A stretch of DNA of 64,000 nt from Eledone cirrhosa (GCA_964016885.1 OZ024740.1:4526001-4590000); one strand, 5' to 3'. Counted from the stretch's first letter, positions 1 to 14,815 are shown. The notes: generated by a model from the letters alone, not told the origin. Made by a program: numbers and translations.

Positions 1-30
1 TGTTGTAGTAATGACAGAATGTTACACTCC

Positions 31-33
<3 letters not shown>
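1..33. mobile_element. Probable terminus (TIR end) of a Tc1/mariner-type element cut by the window edge
   Basis: Ends in ...ACTCCCTG followed by TA, the same CAGGG/CCCTG-TA terminal signature as the element at 480-1793. The partner end is outside the window. Confidence 0.35.
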
Positions 34-479
<446 letters not shown>

Positions 480-1793
480 CAGGGTTATTCAAAAAGAATG
501 AACCGGTTTCATTACGCAATATTTTAATAGGGAAAAGCAATAGAAAACCCCAGCTAAGTCACAAGTATTCTACTGACAATCAACTTTTATTTCCTGTCTT
601 ACAAGTGTTCAATGTGGCCACCACCTGCAGCACGGGCAACATCAATGCAATAAGAGAATTCCTCCCAGACGCGAATCAGCACTGAGTCACGATCCACTGA
701 GTTGATCGCTGTTGTTATTCCATGTTTAAGGTCATTGAGGTTAGTGGGTTGCGGTGGATCATAAACGCGATCTTTTACATATCCCCCACAAGAAAAAAAT
801 CACACACGGTGAGGTCTGGGGATCTCGCAGGCCAAGCACAAAGAGCAAGGTCTTGGACCCCTTTCTGATCAATCCATTGCTGGGGCACTTTTTCATTTAA
901 AAAGCTCGAACCATCAGGTGCGAATGGGGCAGTGCTCCATCTTGTTGAATCTGCTTTCAGTGAAGTGAAGAGCTCGTTTTGGAGCATATCGAGATAGGTT
1001 TGTCCTGTAACAGTGTTTCCTTCAAAGAAAAAGAGACCATAAACCTTGTCCGGAGACACAGCACAGAAGACGTTCACCTTAGGGGCATCTCTTTCATACT
1101 CAACTGTTTCATGTGGGGGCTCTGTTCCCCAAATACGCACATTGTGATGATTGACTGTGCCGCTCAAGTGATTAGTCGCTTCATCACTAAAAATTAAACG
1201 TGAAATGAAGGTTTCGTCTTCCATCATCTCCAGCATCGATTCGCAAAATTCCTTCCGCTTCTTCTTGTCGTCATTGATAAGTGCCTGAATGAGGTGTAGT
1301 CTGTATGGTTTCAAATGTAGACGTCTTCTTAGCACACCCCAGATAGTGGATTGAGGGATCGCAAGCTCCCGGCTAGCCCGAATTGTGAACTTCCGCAGGC
1401 TGCCCTCAAACACAGCATGGATTCACGCCACTTGTTCCTCCGAAACTCGTGGTCGTCCTGGACCTTTTCCTTTACACAGACACCCACTCTCTTGAAACTG
1501 CTGAAACCACCGTCAAATGTTCTTAGGAGAGGGCGGATTAATGTTGAATCGTTTTCGAAAAGCACACTGCACCGTCACAACCGAATTTGTTTCCGCGAAC
1601 TCAAGAACGCAGAATGCCTTTTGCTGAGAACTCGCCATTCTGGAGGAAAACAAACAACTGAACATTGCCGGAGGAACGATGTGACTACAGCAACCCTGTG
1701 GCAACCCTTCAAAACTTAGAAAACTCCTCTTTCAAATGGTCACTGACTCATTCCATGACGATGCATGAAATCGGTGCATTTTGAATAACCCTG
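480..1793 (-). mobile_element. Full-length Tc1/mariner DNA transposon (rosa/DD41D-like), ~1.31 kb
   Basis: TIRs CAGGGTTATTCAAAA...ATGAACCGGTTTCAT (from 480) and ATGAAATCGGTGCATTTTGAATAACCCTG (to 1793), flanked by TA on both sides, with a transposase remnant inside. Confidence 0.93.
599..1638 (-). pseudogene. Frameshifted DDD transposase
   Basis: Starts MASSQQKAFCVLEF..SVVTVQCAFRKRF (HTH-like N-terminus) and contains IFSDEAT, QQDGA (in an alternative frame), WPARSPDLTVCDFF, ending GGGHIEHL*. Split over ORFs 1513-1704 and 775-1413 by stops/frameshifts. Confidence 0.9.
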
Positions 1794-1812
1794 TATATAT
1801 ATATATATATAT

Positions 1813-2438
<626 letters not shown>

Positions 2439-2464
2439 TAAAATAATAGATTAAAGTTTAAGCA

Positions 2465-2533
2465 AAGAATCGCTGCTTTCACCCTTAACGGGATCTTCAG
2501 AAGATCCCGTTAAGGGTGAAAGCAGCGATTCTT
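2465..2533. repeat. Perfect 34-bp-arm palindrome with 1-nt spacer
   Basis: AAGAATCGCTGCTTTCACCCTTAACGGGATCTTC-A-GAAGATCCCGTTAAGGGTGAAAGCAGCGATTCTT. Confidence 0.95.
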
Positions 2534-2596
2534 ATCGAGCCCTCTTTGGATTTTAGTCTTCAAATTTATTATTATTACTATATATATATATATATA

Positions 2597-2642
2597 TGCA
2601 AGTGTGGAAGATGGACGTTAAACGATGATGATGATGATGATG

Positions 2643-2645
<3 letters not shown>
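2597..2645 (+). mobile_element. Extreme 3' tip of RTE LINE with (GAT)n tail
   Basis: GCAAGTGTGGAAGATGGACGTTAAACGATGATGAT matches the 3' end of the RTE copy at ~12404-12456. Confidence 0.8.
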
Positions 2646-2684
<39 letters not shown>

Positions 2685-2686
<2 letters not shown>

Positions 2687-3470
2687 TGGCCGAATTACCC
2701 GCGCCTTGCTGCGTTTCACACATTTCTTTTTGTAAGAAAATGATGATTGATTTTAAATCAGTGATATAATTTATGGAGAAAAACTCTGCATTTCAATATT
2801 ACTCAATATAAAATGTAATGCATGAAAAATTAGAAAACATTATTTTTTGCAATATATCAAATCAAAATTACATTATTAAATCTTATTCTTATTTTGTTTC
2901 TTGTAAATAATTTTTTTCAAAATATCAATTCAAAACTTTTGTGAATAGGCATCATATCTTGTCATTTACTATGGTTTAAATTTCATATAAATAAATCGAA
3001 GGGAAAAAATTTTCAGCGGGGGTTTTGTGCCCCCAGAGAACCCTTTGATTAAAATGAAATATACTTATCCAAGTACCCTGGACAATAGTTTCAGAGTATA
3101 TATGGTTATGGGGTCTATCTCCAAAACCATAGGAGGAGTTTGTGAAATCTTGTTCCATTTATTGGCCAAAATTTTCACTATAGGGGGTTTAACTCCCATT
3201 AAGGTGTCTTAATATTATTGAAATTTGCTGAGATTTTGTGAATAGGCATCATATCTTATCATTTACCTATGGTTTAAATTTCATATAAATCAAAGGGAAA
3301 ATATTTTCAGCGGGGGTTTTGTGCCCCCGGGAAATCCTTTGATTAAAATGAAATATACGTAAGAAATCAAATGGGCATGAGCCCCACACACGTGTCAAGT
3401 TTCATCAAGATCGGTTTGGTAGTTTTTGAGTTTTAGGTTCACAAACAAACAGAAATGACCATTTATGTAT
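2685..3470. mobile_element. Non-autonomous Helitron/Helentron-like (DINE-1/Lep1-type) element
   Basis: One end reads GCTG..TACCCGCGCCTTGCTGCG; the other has AAGTTTCATCAAGATCGGT..TAGTTT..ACAAACAAACAGA before (TA)n. Internal ~125-bp direct duplication (2938-3065, 3236-3358). Family assignment from remembered motifs, not alignment. Confidence 0.55.
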
Positions 3471-3485
3471 ATATATATATATATA

Positions 3486-4545
3486 CATCATCATCATCGT
3501 TTAACGTCTATCTTCCACGCTAGCATGGGTTTAGATGGGAATTGTCGGGTGACCGTGTCTCGCTCATATAGGACTATCTGGCAGGTTTTCTACAGCTGGA
3601 TGCCCTTCCTAACACCAACCACATTTACAGTGTGGACTGGGAGGTTTTTATCATATTACCTACACGGCCACATTACAGTGTGGACTGTGTGTTTTTTTGT
3701 CGTGACGCCGACATGACCACATTTATTTAGGACTGGTGTTGATGGGGGTGGGGTGGGGTAGTTGGGGTAGTGGGAGGGGGGTGTATATTTGATTAAGAGG
3801 TGTCTACTGACTGTAGATTTCGCTTTAGGCAAGGCGGGTCTTCTCTATTACTGTGTAGCGCCAAAGATCTCGGTCCAGTGACATTGTTTTAGAGAGGTGT
3901 AAGTGTGTAAGGTCGGAATTTATCAAGTCCCAGGTTTTTCTGGGTCTGCCTACTCCGTGGCTACCATCAATTTTGATTGCCCTGCACTTTTTTATACAGC
4001 TGTCGTCTTTCATGCGCATCACGTGACCGTACCAATGTAGTCATCTCTCGAGTAAACCACATCTGATCCCTCTTGTTCCTAATTTCTCCCTTAGTTCGTT
4101 TATGCTTTGCCCTTCACGTATATTACTATTACACATTCAGCGGAGCATGCAAGCTTCGTTCCTCTCCAGTCTGCGTATATCCTCTGCACACAATGCCCAG
4201 GTCTCACTGCCATGCAACATTGCTGTTCGTATGCAGGCATCATACAACCTGCCTTTCATTTTTAGTGAGAACCCTTTAGCGGCTAATAGTAGTATAAGCT
4301 CTCTGAACTTTTTCCATCCAGTTCTGACTCTAGCTACTGTACTTTCAGAGCACCCTCCCCCACTGCTGATTTTATCACCCAGGTAACGGAAGCTGTCCAC
4401 TATTTCTTCAGAACCATCTAGGCAATAGAAAGAGCTAGTATTTTGTGGGCACTTGCTGCTACTTATTGCACCTGAGCACCGGCCACATATAAAGTCTACG
4501 TTCTTAGATAGCTTACCTGTGATCCCACTACATCTTTTATGTACC
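3486..4545 (-). mobile_element. 5'-truncated RTE LINE (C-terminal ORF, 3' UTR, (GAT)n tail)
   Basis: ORFs 4137-4400 (FRYLGDKISSGGG..GRLYDACIRTAMLHGSETW) and 3825-4022 (GRPRKTW), highly similar to 11370-12450. Confidence 0.93.
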
Positions 4546-4579
4546 TATAATTTGCATATATATATATATATATAGGGTA

Positions 4580-4693
4580 TAGGCCGAAGCTGAAGCATAT
4601 ATAAAGTATGTCTACCCCCGGCCCCACATGGTCACCTGACCTAGCATTGCCCACAACAAGACAACACGTCAAACCTATGCTAGCGTGGAAAAA
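4580..4693 (+). mobile_element. Deleted RTE 3' UTR fragment
   Basis: Resembles 7700-7735 joined to 7848-7910 (GCCGAAGxTGAAGCATATA...CCxATGCTAGxGTGGAA). Confidence 0.6.
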
Positions 4694-4780
4694 ATATATA
4701 TATATGCGTCCATATGTATATATTATGTGCGAGTATGTATTCATATATGTATATATGTGCCACAAATGGTGTACATATAT

Positions 4781-4941
4781 ATCATCATCATTTTACGTCC
4801 GCTTTTCCTTGCTTGCAAGGGTGGGACGGGAACTGATGTGGCTTGATTTCTACAGCTGGATGCCCTTCCTAACACCAACCTCATTTACAGTGAGTGGTGG
4901 GTGCTTTGTGCAGTGGCACCTCCACGACCACTTTGCAGTGG
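4781..4941 (-). mobile_element. RTE 3' UTR fragment with (GAT)n tail
   Basis: CATCATCATTTTACGTCC...CTACAGCTGGATGCCCTTCCTAACACCAACC shared with the other RTE 3' ends. Confidence 0.75.
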
Positions 4942-4964
4942 AATGATATGGACCCCAGTCCATA

Positions 4965-5111
4965 TCATCTCATTTCTACAGCTGAGTAAACTGGAGCAAT
5001 GTGAAATAAAGTGTCTTGCTCAAGGAGACAACACATCACCCGGTCTGATAATTGAACTCACGACCTTTCGATTGCAAGGCCAATGCTCTAACCACTAAGC
5101 CACGTGCCTCC
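4965..5111 (-). mobile_element. tRNA-derived SINE with CORE-like domain
   Basis: Minus strand: A box TGGCTTAGTGG, B-box-like GAGTTCAATT, then GTCTCCTTGAGCAAGACACTTTA, which resembles the CORE motif (CCTTGGGCAAG..ACTT). Confidence 0.75.
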
Positions 5112-5123
5112 ATACATATATAT

Positions 5124-5179
<56 letters not shown>

Positions 5180-5181
5180 GC

Positions 5182-5467
5182 ATACAGGTACACATACATA
5201 TATGCACGCATCAGTTTAGCCGACGTTTATTATAACGCCGGCCGCTTTGTTCGTTTGTCAACAAAGCGAACAGCCTGAATTTATGCCATACGGTGTTAAG
5301 GCAACCACGTCACCCTCCTGCTCAACACCGACACAGGTACGATGTACTAGTTCTAAGCTCCTCAGCCATCTTCAGCACCGTATACCCCTCTGCCAGATGG
5401 TTGAACATTCGAAAGTATACACTTTCCCTATGAAAATTAACGGCTGAGCAGCCCAATCAGGGTGTCC

Positions 5468-5546
<79 letters not shown>

Positions 5547-5660
5547 TGCTACTGTACGTCTGTATACATATATGTATGTACGTATACATACATACTTACA
5601 TTTAAGTAAGTGCCATACTAAGAGTGAGAAATGAAATTTCGTTTTCATTTTTTTTCAACT

Positions 5661-5757
<97 letters not shown>

Positions 5758-6035
5758 GGACACCCTGATTGGGCTGCTCAGCCGTTAATTTTCATAGGGA
5801 AAGTGTATACTTTCGAATGTTCAACCATCTGGCAGAGGGGTATACGGTGCTGAAGATGGCTGAGGAGCTTAGAACTAGTACATCGTACCTGTGTCGGTGT
5901 TGAGCAGGAGGGTGACGTGGTTGCCTTGGCGCCGTGCGGCATAAATCAGGCTGTCCGTTTGTTAACAAACGGACAGAGCGGGCGTTATAATAAACGTCCG
6001 CTAAACTGATACGTACATATATATATGTGTACCTG

Positions 6036-6040
<5 letters not shown>
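5182..6040. repeat. Long inverted repeat (arms ~5182-5471 and ~5753-6040) around (TA)n and a short spacer
   Basis: The arms are reverse complements; the inner ~170 bp look identical and the outer ~110 bp are diverged. Confidence 0.9.
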
Positions 6041-6073
<33 letters not shown>

Positions 6074-6109
6074 TACTACTGTACGTCTGTATACATATAC
6101 ATACATACT

Positions 6110-7935
<1,826 letters not shown>

Positions 7936-8086
7936 TATATGCATCCATATGTATGTATATATTATGTGTGTGTGTATATATGTATATATGTGCCAGAAAG
8001 GGTGTACCTCGACCAGCAGAAGGTTGTCAAGGAAAAGTCAATGGTCTGAAGTATTTTTTACTGACTCTCATATTCACTACAACTAC

Positions 8087-8139
8087 AACAACAATAATTA
8101 CTACTACTGCCACCAACACAACTACTACTACTACTACTT

Positions 8140-8185
<46 letters not shown>

Positions 8186-8210
8186 AACAACCACCACCAC
8201 CACCACTGCC
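8087..8210. repeat. (ACT)n/(ACC)n trinucleotide microsatellite
   Basis: Directly visible. Confidence 0.9.
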
Positions 8211-8284
8211 ACAACACACACGCACAAACAGACAGTCACACACTGTCAGGTAGACATACACACACACACATATCTATATACAAT

Positions 8285-8354
<70 letters not shown>

Positions 8355-8502
8355 TGTATGTATATATGTGTATGTATGTATGTGTGTATATATAACTTTA
8401 ATGTGTGTGTATATGTATTTTTTTATATAATGGTTTTGTGTGTATATATATAATAGCCTCGGATAAGGCTTGAGCTCTGCCGTGGGGTCAGACTTTTTCC
8501 TA

Positions 8503-8560
<58 letters not shown>

Positions 8561-9035
8561 CGTAATTGTATGTGTGTGTGTATGTATATATATGTGTATG
8601 TGTGTGTATATGTATATATGTATAAGGGTGTATGTCTATGCATCATTACATATAGTTATTTAATGATTATTTTCACTGATCTTTTACTCCAGGAACTTGT
8701 TGAGTGCTCTAAATCTGCTATAAGCATTTATACCCTTTTCTAAATATATATTTTTATTTATTATTTGTCGTATTGCCAACTTTTTATTTTTATTTTTATA
8801 TATACAATATTTTTTTATATATACAATATTTATTTTTTATATATAGAATAATTATGTTCTTTCTCATATATATATATATATATTGAATTATATATGTATA
8901 TATGTGTGTGTGTGTATATTGAATTATATATGTATATATGTGTATATGTTTGTGTAGGTATATATGTGTATGTGAATATGTATGTATGTGTGTGTGTGTG
9001 TATGTATATGTATATATATATAGATAGAGAGAGAG

Positions 9036-12000
9036 AGAGTTGGTACCATGAATGTAGGCACCTTAAAAGGCCGCTTTAACGAGGTTGTAGAAATGCTTGA
9101 ACGTAAGGAGGTTGATATTTGCTGTATCCAAGAGACCAGGTGGAGGGGTGGGTCTGCTACATTCATTGTGGGTAAAAAATGATGCTATAAGCTTTTCTGG
9201 GTGGGAAACGACAATGGGCTGGGTGGGGTAGGAATCATGTTAGCAGAAAATTGGGTGGATAAGATAATAGATGTAAATAGAGTGAATTACAGAATAATTA
9301 AAATAAGACTTGTCCTCAATAGAACTACTGTGACAGTAATATCTGCGTACGCACCCCAATCCGGACTGCCTGGCGCTATAAAAGACAGTTTCTATGAGAC
9401 ACTGATCCTCACTACCTCCCAAATAACCAACAGTGACTATATAATTATTGCTGGCGACCTAAATGGTCACGTTGGACAACATTGTGACGGCTATGATGGA
9501 ATCTACGGAGGCTATGGGTTTGGTACTTGAAATGAGGAAGGCTCCAGAATCCTGGAATTCTGTGACGCAAATAACCTAACTATCTGTAACACTAACTTCA
9601 AAAAACGAGACAATCACTTGATCACCTATAGATCGGGGGAACACACAAGCCAGATAGATTATATCCTTACCAGAAGACGTGACAGAGTGTCTGTTGTAAA
9701 CAATAAATCCCTCCCCCATGAAGAATGCACCTCTCAACATAGACTCAAAATTAGTGACCTCATAGTCAGGACGAGACGTATTCGACAACAGAAGAGGACT
9801 ATGCTCAGGAGAAAAATATGGAAGCTAAAGGACCCCACAACCAGAAATAAATTTAAAAGCATACTACTTGATGCTTTCGACAGTAAGGAAGAGCATTTAG
9901 AGTCGTACAATATAGAAGAACAGTGGGAATTCCTGAAAGCAAACCCGCTGATGGCGGCAGACGAAGTCTGTGGCTGGAGCAGGGCTATAGGCAGGAGGAG
10001 AGTAACATGGTGGTGGAACAGTAAGGTAGAGGAGTCAATTAAGTCAATTAAAGAGCAGGCTTGGAAAGTATGGCGGGATGGGGGAAGTAGAGAAGACTAT
10101 CAAGTGGCCAGGAGGGAAGCTAGGAGACAAGTGTACTTCGCAAGAAGGGAAGCAGAAGAAAGAAAGTTCAAGCATGTTCTACAACGCGAGGACCAAAAAC
10201 GTGAGGTGTTCAGGATTGCTAGGCAATGTGTCAAGGAAAACCGTGATATTGTCGGGGAGAAGTGTGTACTTAATGATGATAGTGTACTTGCCATCACTGA
10301 CGTTGATAAGAAGGTAGCTTGGAAGTGTCACTACGAAAGGCTACTAAATGAGGAGAATAAATGGGAGAAAGACAGTCTCCCCCACATCGACCCAATAGAG
10401 GGACCAGCAGTGTTAGTCGAAGGTAGTATAATAAGTAAGGCAATCAAAGATATGAAGACAGGCAACGGGGTTGGGCCTTCGGAAATAGTTGCTGAAATGC
10501 TGAAAGCCTCTGGAATGGTGGGACACACCATGGTCACCCGGATAGTAAACCAAGTCATACAGAATGGGGTGGTTCCGAAGGACTGGCGTAGCAGCATCAT
10601 CATTAACTGCTACAAGGGTAAAGGAGATGCCCTAAATAGGAGTAACTATAGAGGCATTAAATTAACCGACCAGGTCATGAAGGTCACGGAAAAAGTAATG
10701 GCGCAACTAATCAGAGAGAGAATTGATCTAGATGAAATGCAGTTCGGGTTTGTGTCAGGCAAAAGTACCACAGACGCTCTTTTCATTGTACCACAACTAC
10801 AGGAGACGTACCTAGCTAAAGGTAAACCACTATACTTAGCTTTTGTCGACTTGGAGAAAGCCTTTGACAGAGTCCCCCGTTCCATTATCTGGTGGGCTCT
10901 TAGAAAACTAGGTGTTGACGAATGGCTTGTGAGAGCTATACAAGCCATGTATAAAGAAACAGTCAGCAAGGTTAGAATTAACAACGAATATAGTGAAGAG
11001 TTTAGCGTAAAAGTTGGTGTTCATCAGGGCTCCATTCTTAGCCCCCTCCTATTTATTATTGCCCTTCAGGCTATAACAGTGGAGTTCAAGACTGGCTGCT
11101 CATGGGAACTCCTATACGCAGATGATCTAACTCTCATAGCTGAATCAATGGCCGAACTAGAGAAGAAATTCCAAACATGGAAGCATGGCCTAGAATCAAA
11201 AGGCCTTAACATTAACCTGTCTAAGACTAAAGTTCTAGTTTGTAGGAAGGAAAATAGGGCGCCGGTCCCATCCGGAAAATGGCCATGCTCAGTGTGTAGG
11301 AAAGGAGTAGGTAGAAACTCCATTTTATGTCCCAAATGCAAAGTATGGGTGCATAAAAGATGTAGTGGGATCACAGGTAAGCTAACTAAGAACATAGATT
11401 TTACATGTGGCCGGTGCTCTGGTACAATAAGTAGCAGCAAGTGCGCACAAAATACTAGCTCTTTCAAATGCACAGAGGGTTCTATAGAAATAGTGGACAC
11501 CTGGGTGACAAAATCAGCAGTGGGGGAGGGTGCTCTGAAAGTACAGTAGCTAGAGTCAGAACTGGATGGAAAAAGTTCAGAGAGCTTATACCACTATTAG
11601 CCGCTAAAGGGTTCTCCCTAAAAATGAAAGGCAGGCTGTATGATGCCTGCATACGAACAGCAATGTTGCATGGCAGTGAGACCTGGGCATTGGGTGCAGA
11701 GGATATACGCAGACTAGAGAGCAACGAAGCTTGCATGCTCCGATGGATGTGTAATAGTAATATACGTGAACGGCAAAGCATTAACGAACTAAGGGAAAAA
11801 TTAGAAATAAGAGGGATCAGATGTGGTTTACTCGAAAGAAGGCTACGTTGGTATGGTCACGTGATGCGCATGAAAGACGACAGCTGTATAAAAAAGTGCA
11901 CGGCAATAAAAATAGACGGTAGCCACGGAGTAGGCAGACCCAGAAAAACCTGGGACGACTTGATAAATTCCGACCTCATACACTTACACCTCTCCAAGAC

Positions 12001-12061
12001 AATGTCACTGGACCGAGATCTTTGGCGGTACACAGTAATAGAGAAGACCCACCTTACCTAA
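9036..12061 (+). pseudogene. Disrupted RTE endonuclease/reverse transcriptase ORF
   Basis: APE motifs (VGTMNVGTL, DICCIQETRW, ISAYAPQ, IAGDLNGHVG, QIDYIL), RT motifs (NYRGIKL, AFVDLEKAFD, QGSILSP, LYADD), RLRWYGHV and GRPRKTW. Premature TGA at 9528-9530 and a deletion/frameshift at ~11498. Confidence 0.93.
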
Positions 12062-12456
12062 ATACAAAGTAAAACCTACTACAGTCAGTAGGTACCTCTA
12101 ACAAAATACACCCCCGTCCCACTACCCCCACCCCATCCACATCGCCCCTTTCAATGTAAAGTTATGTTGGTACCACAACATCCAGTCTCAAATAAATGAG
12201 GTCGTGTAGGTGTCACGAAAAAAAAAACACAGTCCACGCTGTAATGTGGCCGTGTAGGCAACACGGTAAAAACCTTCCAGTCCACACTGTAAATGTGGTT
12301 GGTGTTAGGAAGGGCATCCAGCCGTAGAAAACCCGCCAGACAGTCCTATGCGAGCAAGACAACCACTCTTGCCTCAAGTGGGAAAACTCACGTCCAAACC
12401 CATGCAAGCGTGGAAGATGGACGTTAAACGATGATGATCATGATGATGATGATGAT
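9036..12456 (+). mobile_element. Near full-length RTE-clade (BovB-like) LINE lacking its 5' UTR
   Basis: Single-ORF layout APE, RT, Cys/His finger, C-terminal RTE motifs; 3' UTR 12062-12430; (GAT)n tail. Confidence 0.95.
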
Positions 12457-12458
12457 AT

Positions 12459-12995
12459 ATATACATATATATGGCATACGTCAAAACGGCCGGTCTCAAA
12501 AGTGAAACTAATTTTTGACAGTTACGTACACGTTATAAGAGTTATTTAAATTTATATATATAAAATAAAGGAGCAAATAAGAGCATGATATGAAGTCAGT
12601 CACGTGTGTGTATATATGTGTGTGTGTGTGTGTGTGTAAACGAATGTAAAAGAATATATGTAGGGCATAGATAATATGTAGGGCATAGATAATATGTAGG
12701 GCATAGATAAGGTTTCCTAGAATTTTACACACACACACATATATACACACACACGTTTATATATTATAGTGTGTATGTGTGCATATATAAGTGTATATGT
12801 GTGTGTACTTTTACATTCGTTTACACACACACACACATATATACACACACGTGACTGACTTCATATCATGCTCTTATTTGCTCCTTTATTTTATATATAT
12901 AAATTTAAATAACTCTTATAACGTGTACGTAACTGTCAACAATTAGTTTCACTTTTGAGACCGGCCGTTTTGACGTATGCCATATATATGTATAT
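12459..12995. repeat. Long inverted repeat / fold-back element (arms ~12459-12652 and ~12808-12995)
   Basis: Near-perfect reverse-complement arms. The spacer holds three copies of the 18-mer TAGGGCATAGATAATATG (third partial). Confidence 0.9.
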
Positions 12996-13137
12996 TAGAG
13001 TTAAATAAGGTTCATATGAATTATCTAAGAATGAGTTTTACACACACATATGTATATGTGTGTGTTTGTATTTGTATGTACGTGTTTGTGATATGTATGT
13101 ATATGTATGTGTATAATTGTATGGCTATGTATGTATG

Positions 13138-13228
<91 letters not shown>

Positions 13229-13432
13229 GTGTGTATATATGTATGTGTGTGTGTATTTGTGTATGCGTATGTATGTGTTTATGTATTTGTATATGTATAT
13301 TTATGTGTGAGAGTGTGTGTATGTATTTATTTTTACGTATGTATGTGTCGTGCATTTGTGTGTATTGCTTACCACGTGTGTTTGTTCATTTATTTGTTGC
13401 CTGTATCGCTGTCAACTTTATAAGTCTTTATA

Positions 13433-13626
13433 GGGCGTGGATTGGCAGTATCGGTAGAGGGTCGGACGCTCTGCTTTGACGTATAGAGTTACGGCCCTTG
13501 CCATTCTGGGTTCAAATCCCGCCGAGGTTAACTTTGTCTTTCATCCTTACAGGGTCGATAAAATAAAGTACCAGTAATGCTCTGGGTAATTGCTGGCCTT
13601 GTGCCAAACGTAAAAACAATTATAAT
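13433..13626 (+). mobile_element. tRNA-related SINE with Meta-like central domain
   Basis: A-box-like TGGCAGTATCGG, B box GGGTTCAAATCCC, central TTTCATCCTTACAGGGTCGATAAAATAAAGTACC (Meta/Sauria-like), AT-rich tail. Further copies at 16690-16982. Confidence 0.8.
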
Positions 13627-14306
13627 AGTCTTTATTTTCTTTTTTATTATTATATATATTTTTTCTATAATTTTTTTTCTATAATTTCTATATATTTTTT
13701 CTTATATTTATTTGTGTGTGTGAGTATGTAGAGGTGTGTGTATATATTTCTATTTTTGTGCATGCGTATGTATGCATGTATATATGTGTGTATGTATGTG
13801 TATGTATGTACGTGTGTATATACGTATGATTGTGGGTATGTATGTATGTATCTATATGTATGTGTGTATGGCTATGTATGTGTATGTGTATATATATATA
13901 TGTATGTGTATGTATGGATATGTTGATATCTATGTGTGTATGTATGTATATGTATATGTATGTCTATGTATATATATACACATATATATGTGTATGTGTG
14001 TGTGTATATGTGTGTGTATGTATGTGTGTGTATGTATATATATATGTGTATGTATATAATTGTGTGTGTGTGTGTGTGTTTGCATGTGTGTTTTTATTTT
14101 ATTTTATTTTTCCTTTCCTTCTTCCTTTTCCAGCCTCACTTTCATATAGATTATATTTTAGTTTTTAAAATCCAACGTCAATAAATACGCCAGGATTTTT
14201 TCTTTCTGATGATTGAAAGCAAAATTTTTTGCTTTTAAGAAACCACTGGTAAATGAAATAATTGCCTTATGTTGTTTATTACATAACTATATACATATAT
14301 ATATAT

Positions 14307-14762
14307 ATAATATTATAAAGCTGAGTGTCGTGTGTATTATGTATGTATCCTACACACCTCCCTATAGTTTCTTAGCTTTACTCTCTCCATCGCTCTTCCC
14401 TCTCTCTATAATAGATCATTCCCCCTCTCTATAATTTAACTGCTTTACTCTCTCTGTTGCTCTTCACTCTCTAATATTATAAAGCTGAGCGTCGTCTCTA
14501 TCTCTCTCTCCCTCTTTCACCCTCTCTATAATTTAACTGCTTTACTCTCTCTGTCACTCTTCACTCTCTAATATTATAAAGCTGAGCGTCGTCTCTATCT
14601 CTCTCTCCCTCTTTCACCCTCTCTATAATTTAACTGCTTTACTCTCTCTGTCGCTCTTCAATCTCTAATATTATAAAGCTGGGCGTCGTCTCTTTCTCTC
14701 TCTCCCTCTTTCACCTTCTCTATAATTCAACTGCTTTACTCTCTGTCTCTCTTCACTCTCTA
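14307..14762 (+). repeat. ~97-bp tandem repeat (four units, first one longer) starting TAATATTATAAAGCTGAG
   Basis: Unit starts at ~14308, 14472, 14569 and 14667; CT-rich body. Confidence 0.85.
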
Positions 14763-14815
14763 TATGGCAACACTCTTTTACTTTCCATATCTACCTTCAA
14801 TATATCAATATATAC

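Noticed and set aside
4990-5111. tRNA gene
   Set aside because: A/B boxes are present but there is no acceptor stem, and it continues into a SINE body.
5848-5880. CTGAAGA..hairpin as another hammerhead
   Set aside because: No GAAA at the correct position after the stem and no stem I/III.
12977-14184. Many YI/CV/HT-rich ORFs here and at 2-8 kb and 16-18 kb
   Set aside because: Translations of (TA)n, (GT)n and (GTAT)n microsatellites.
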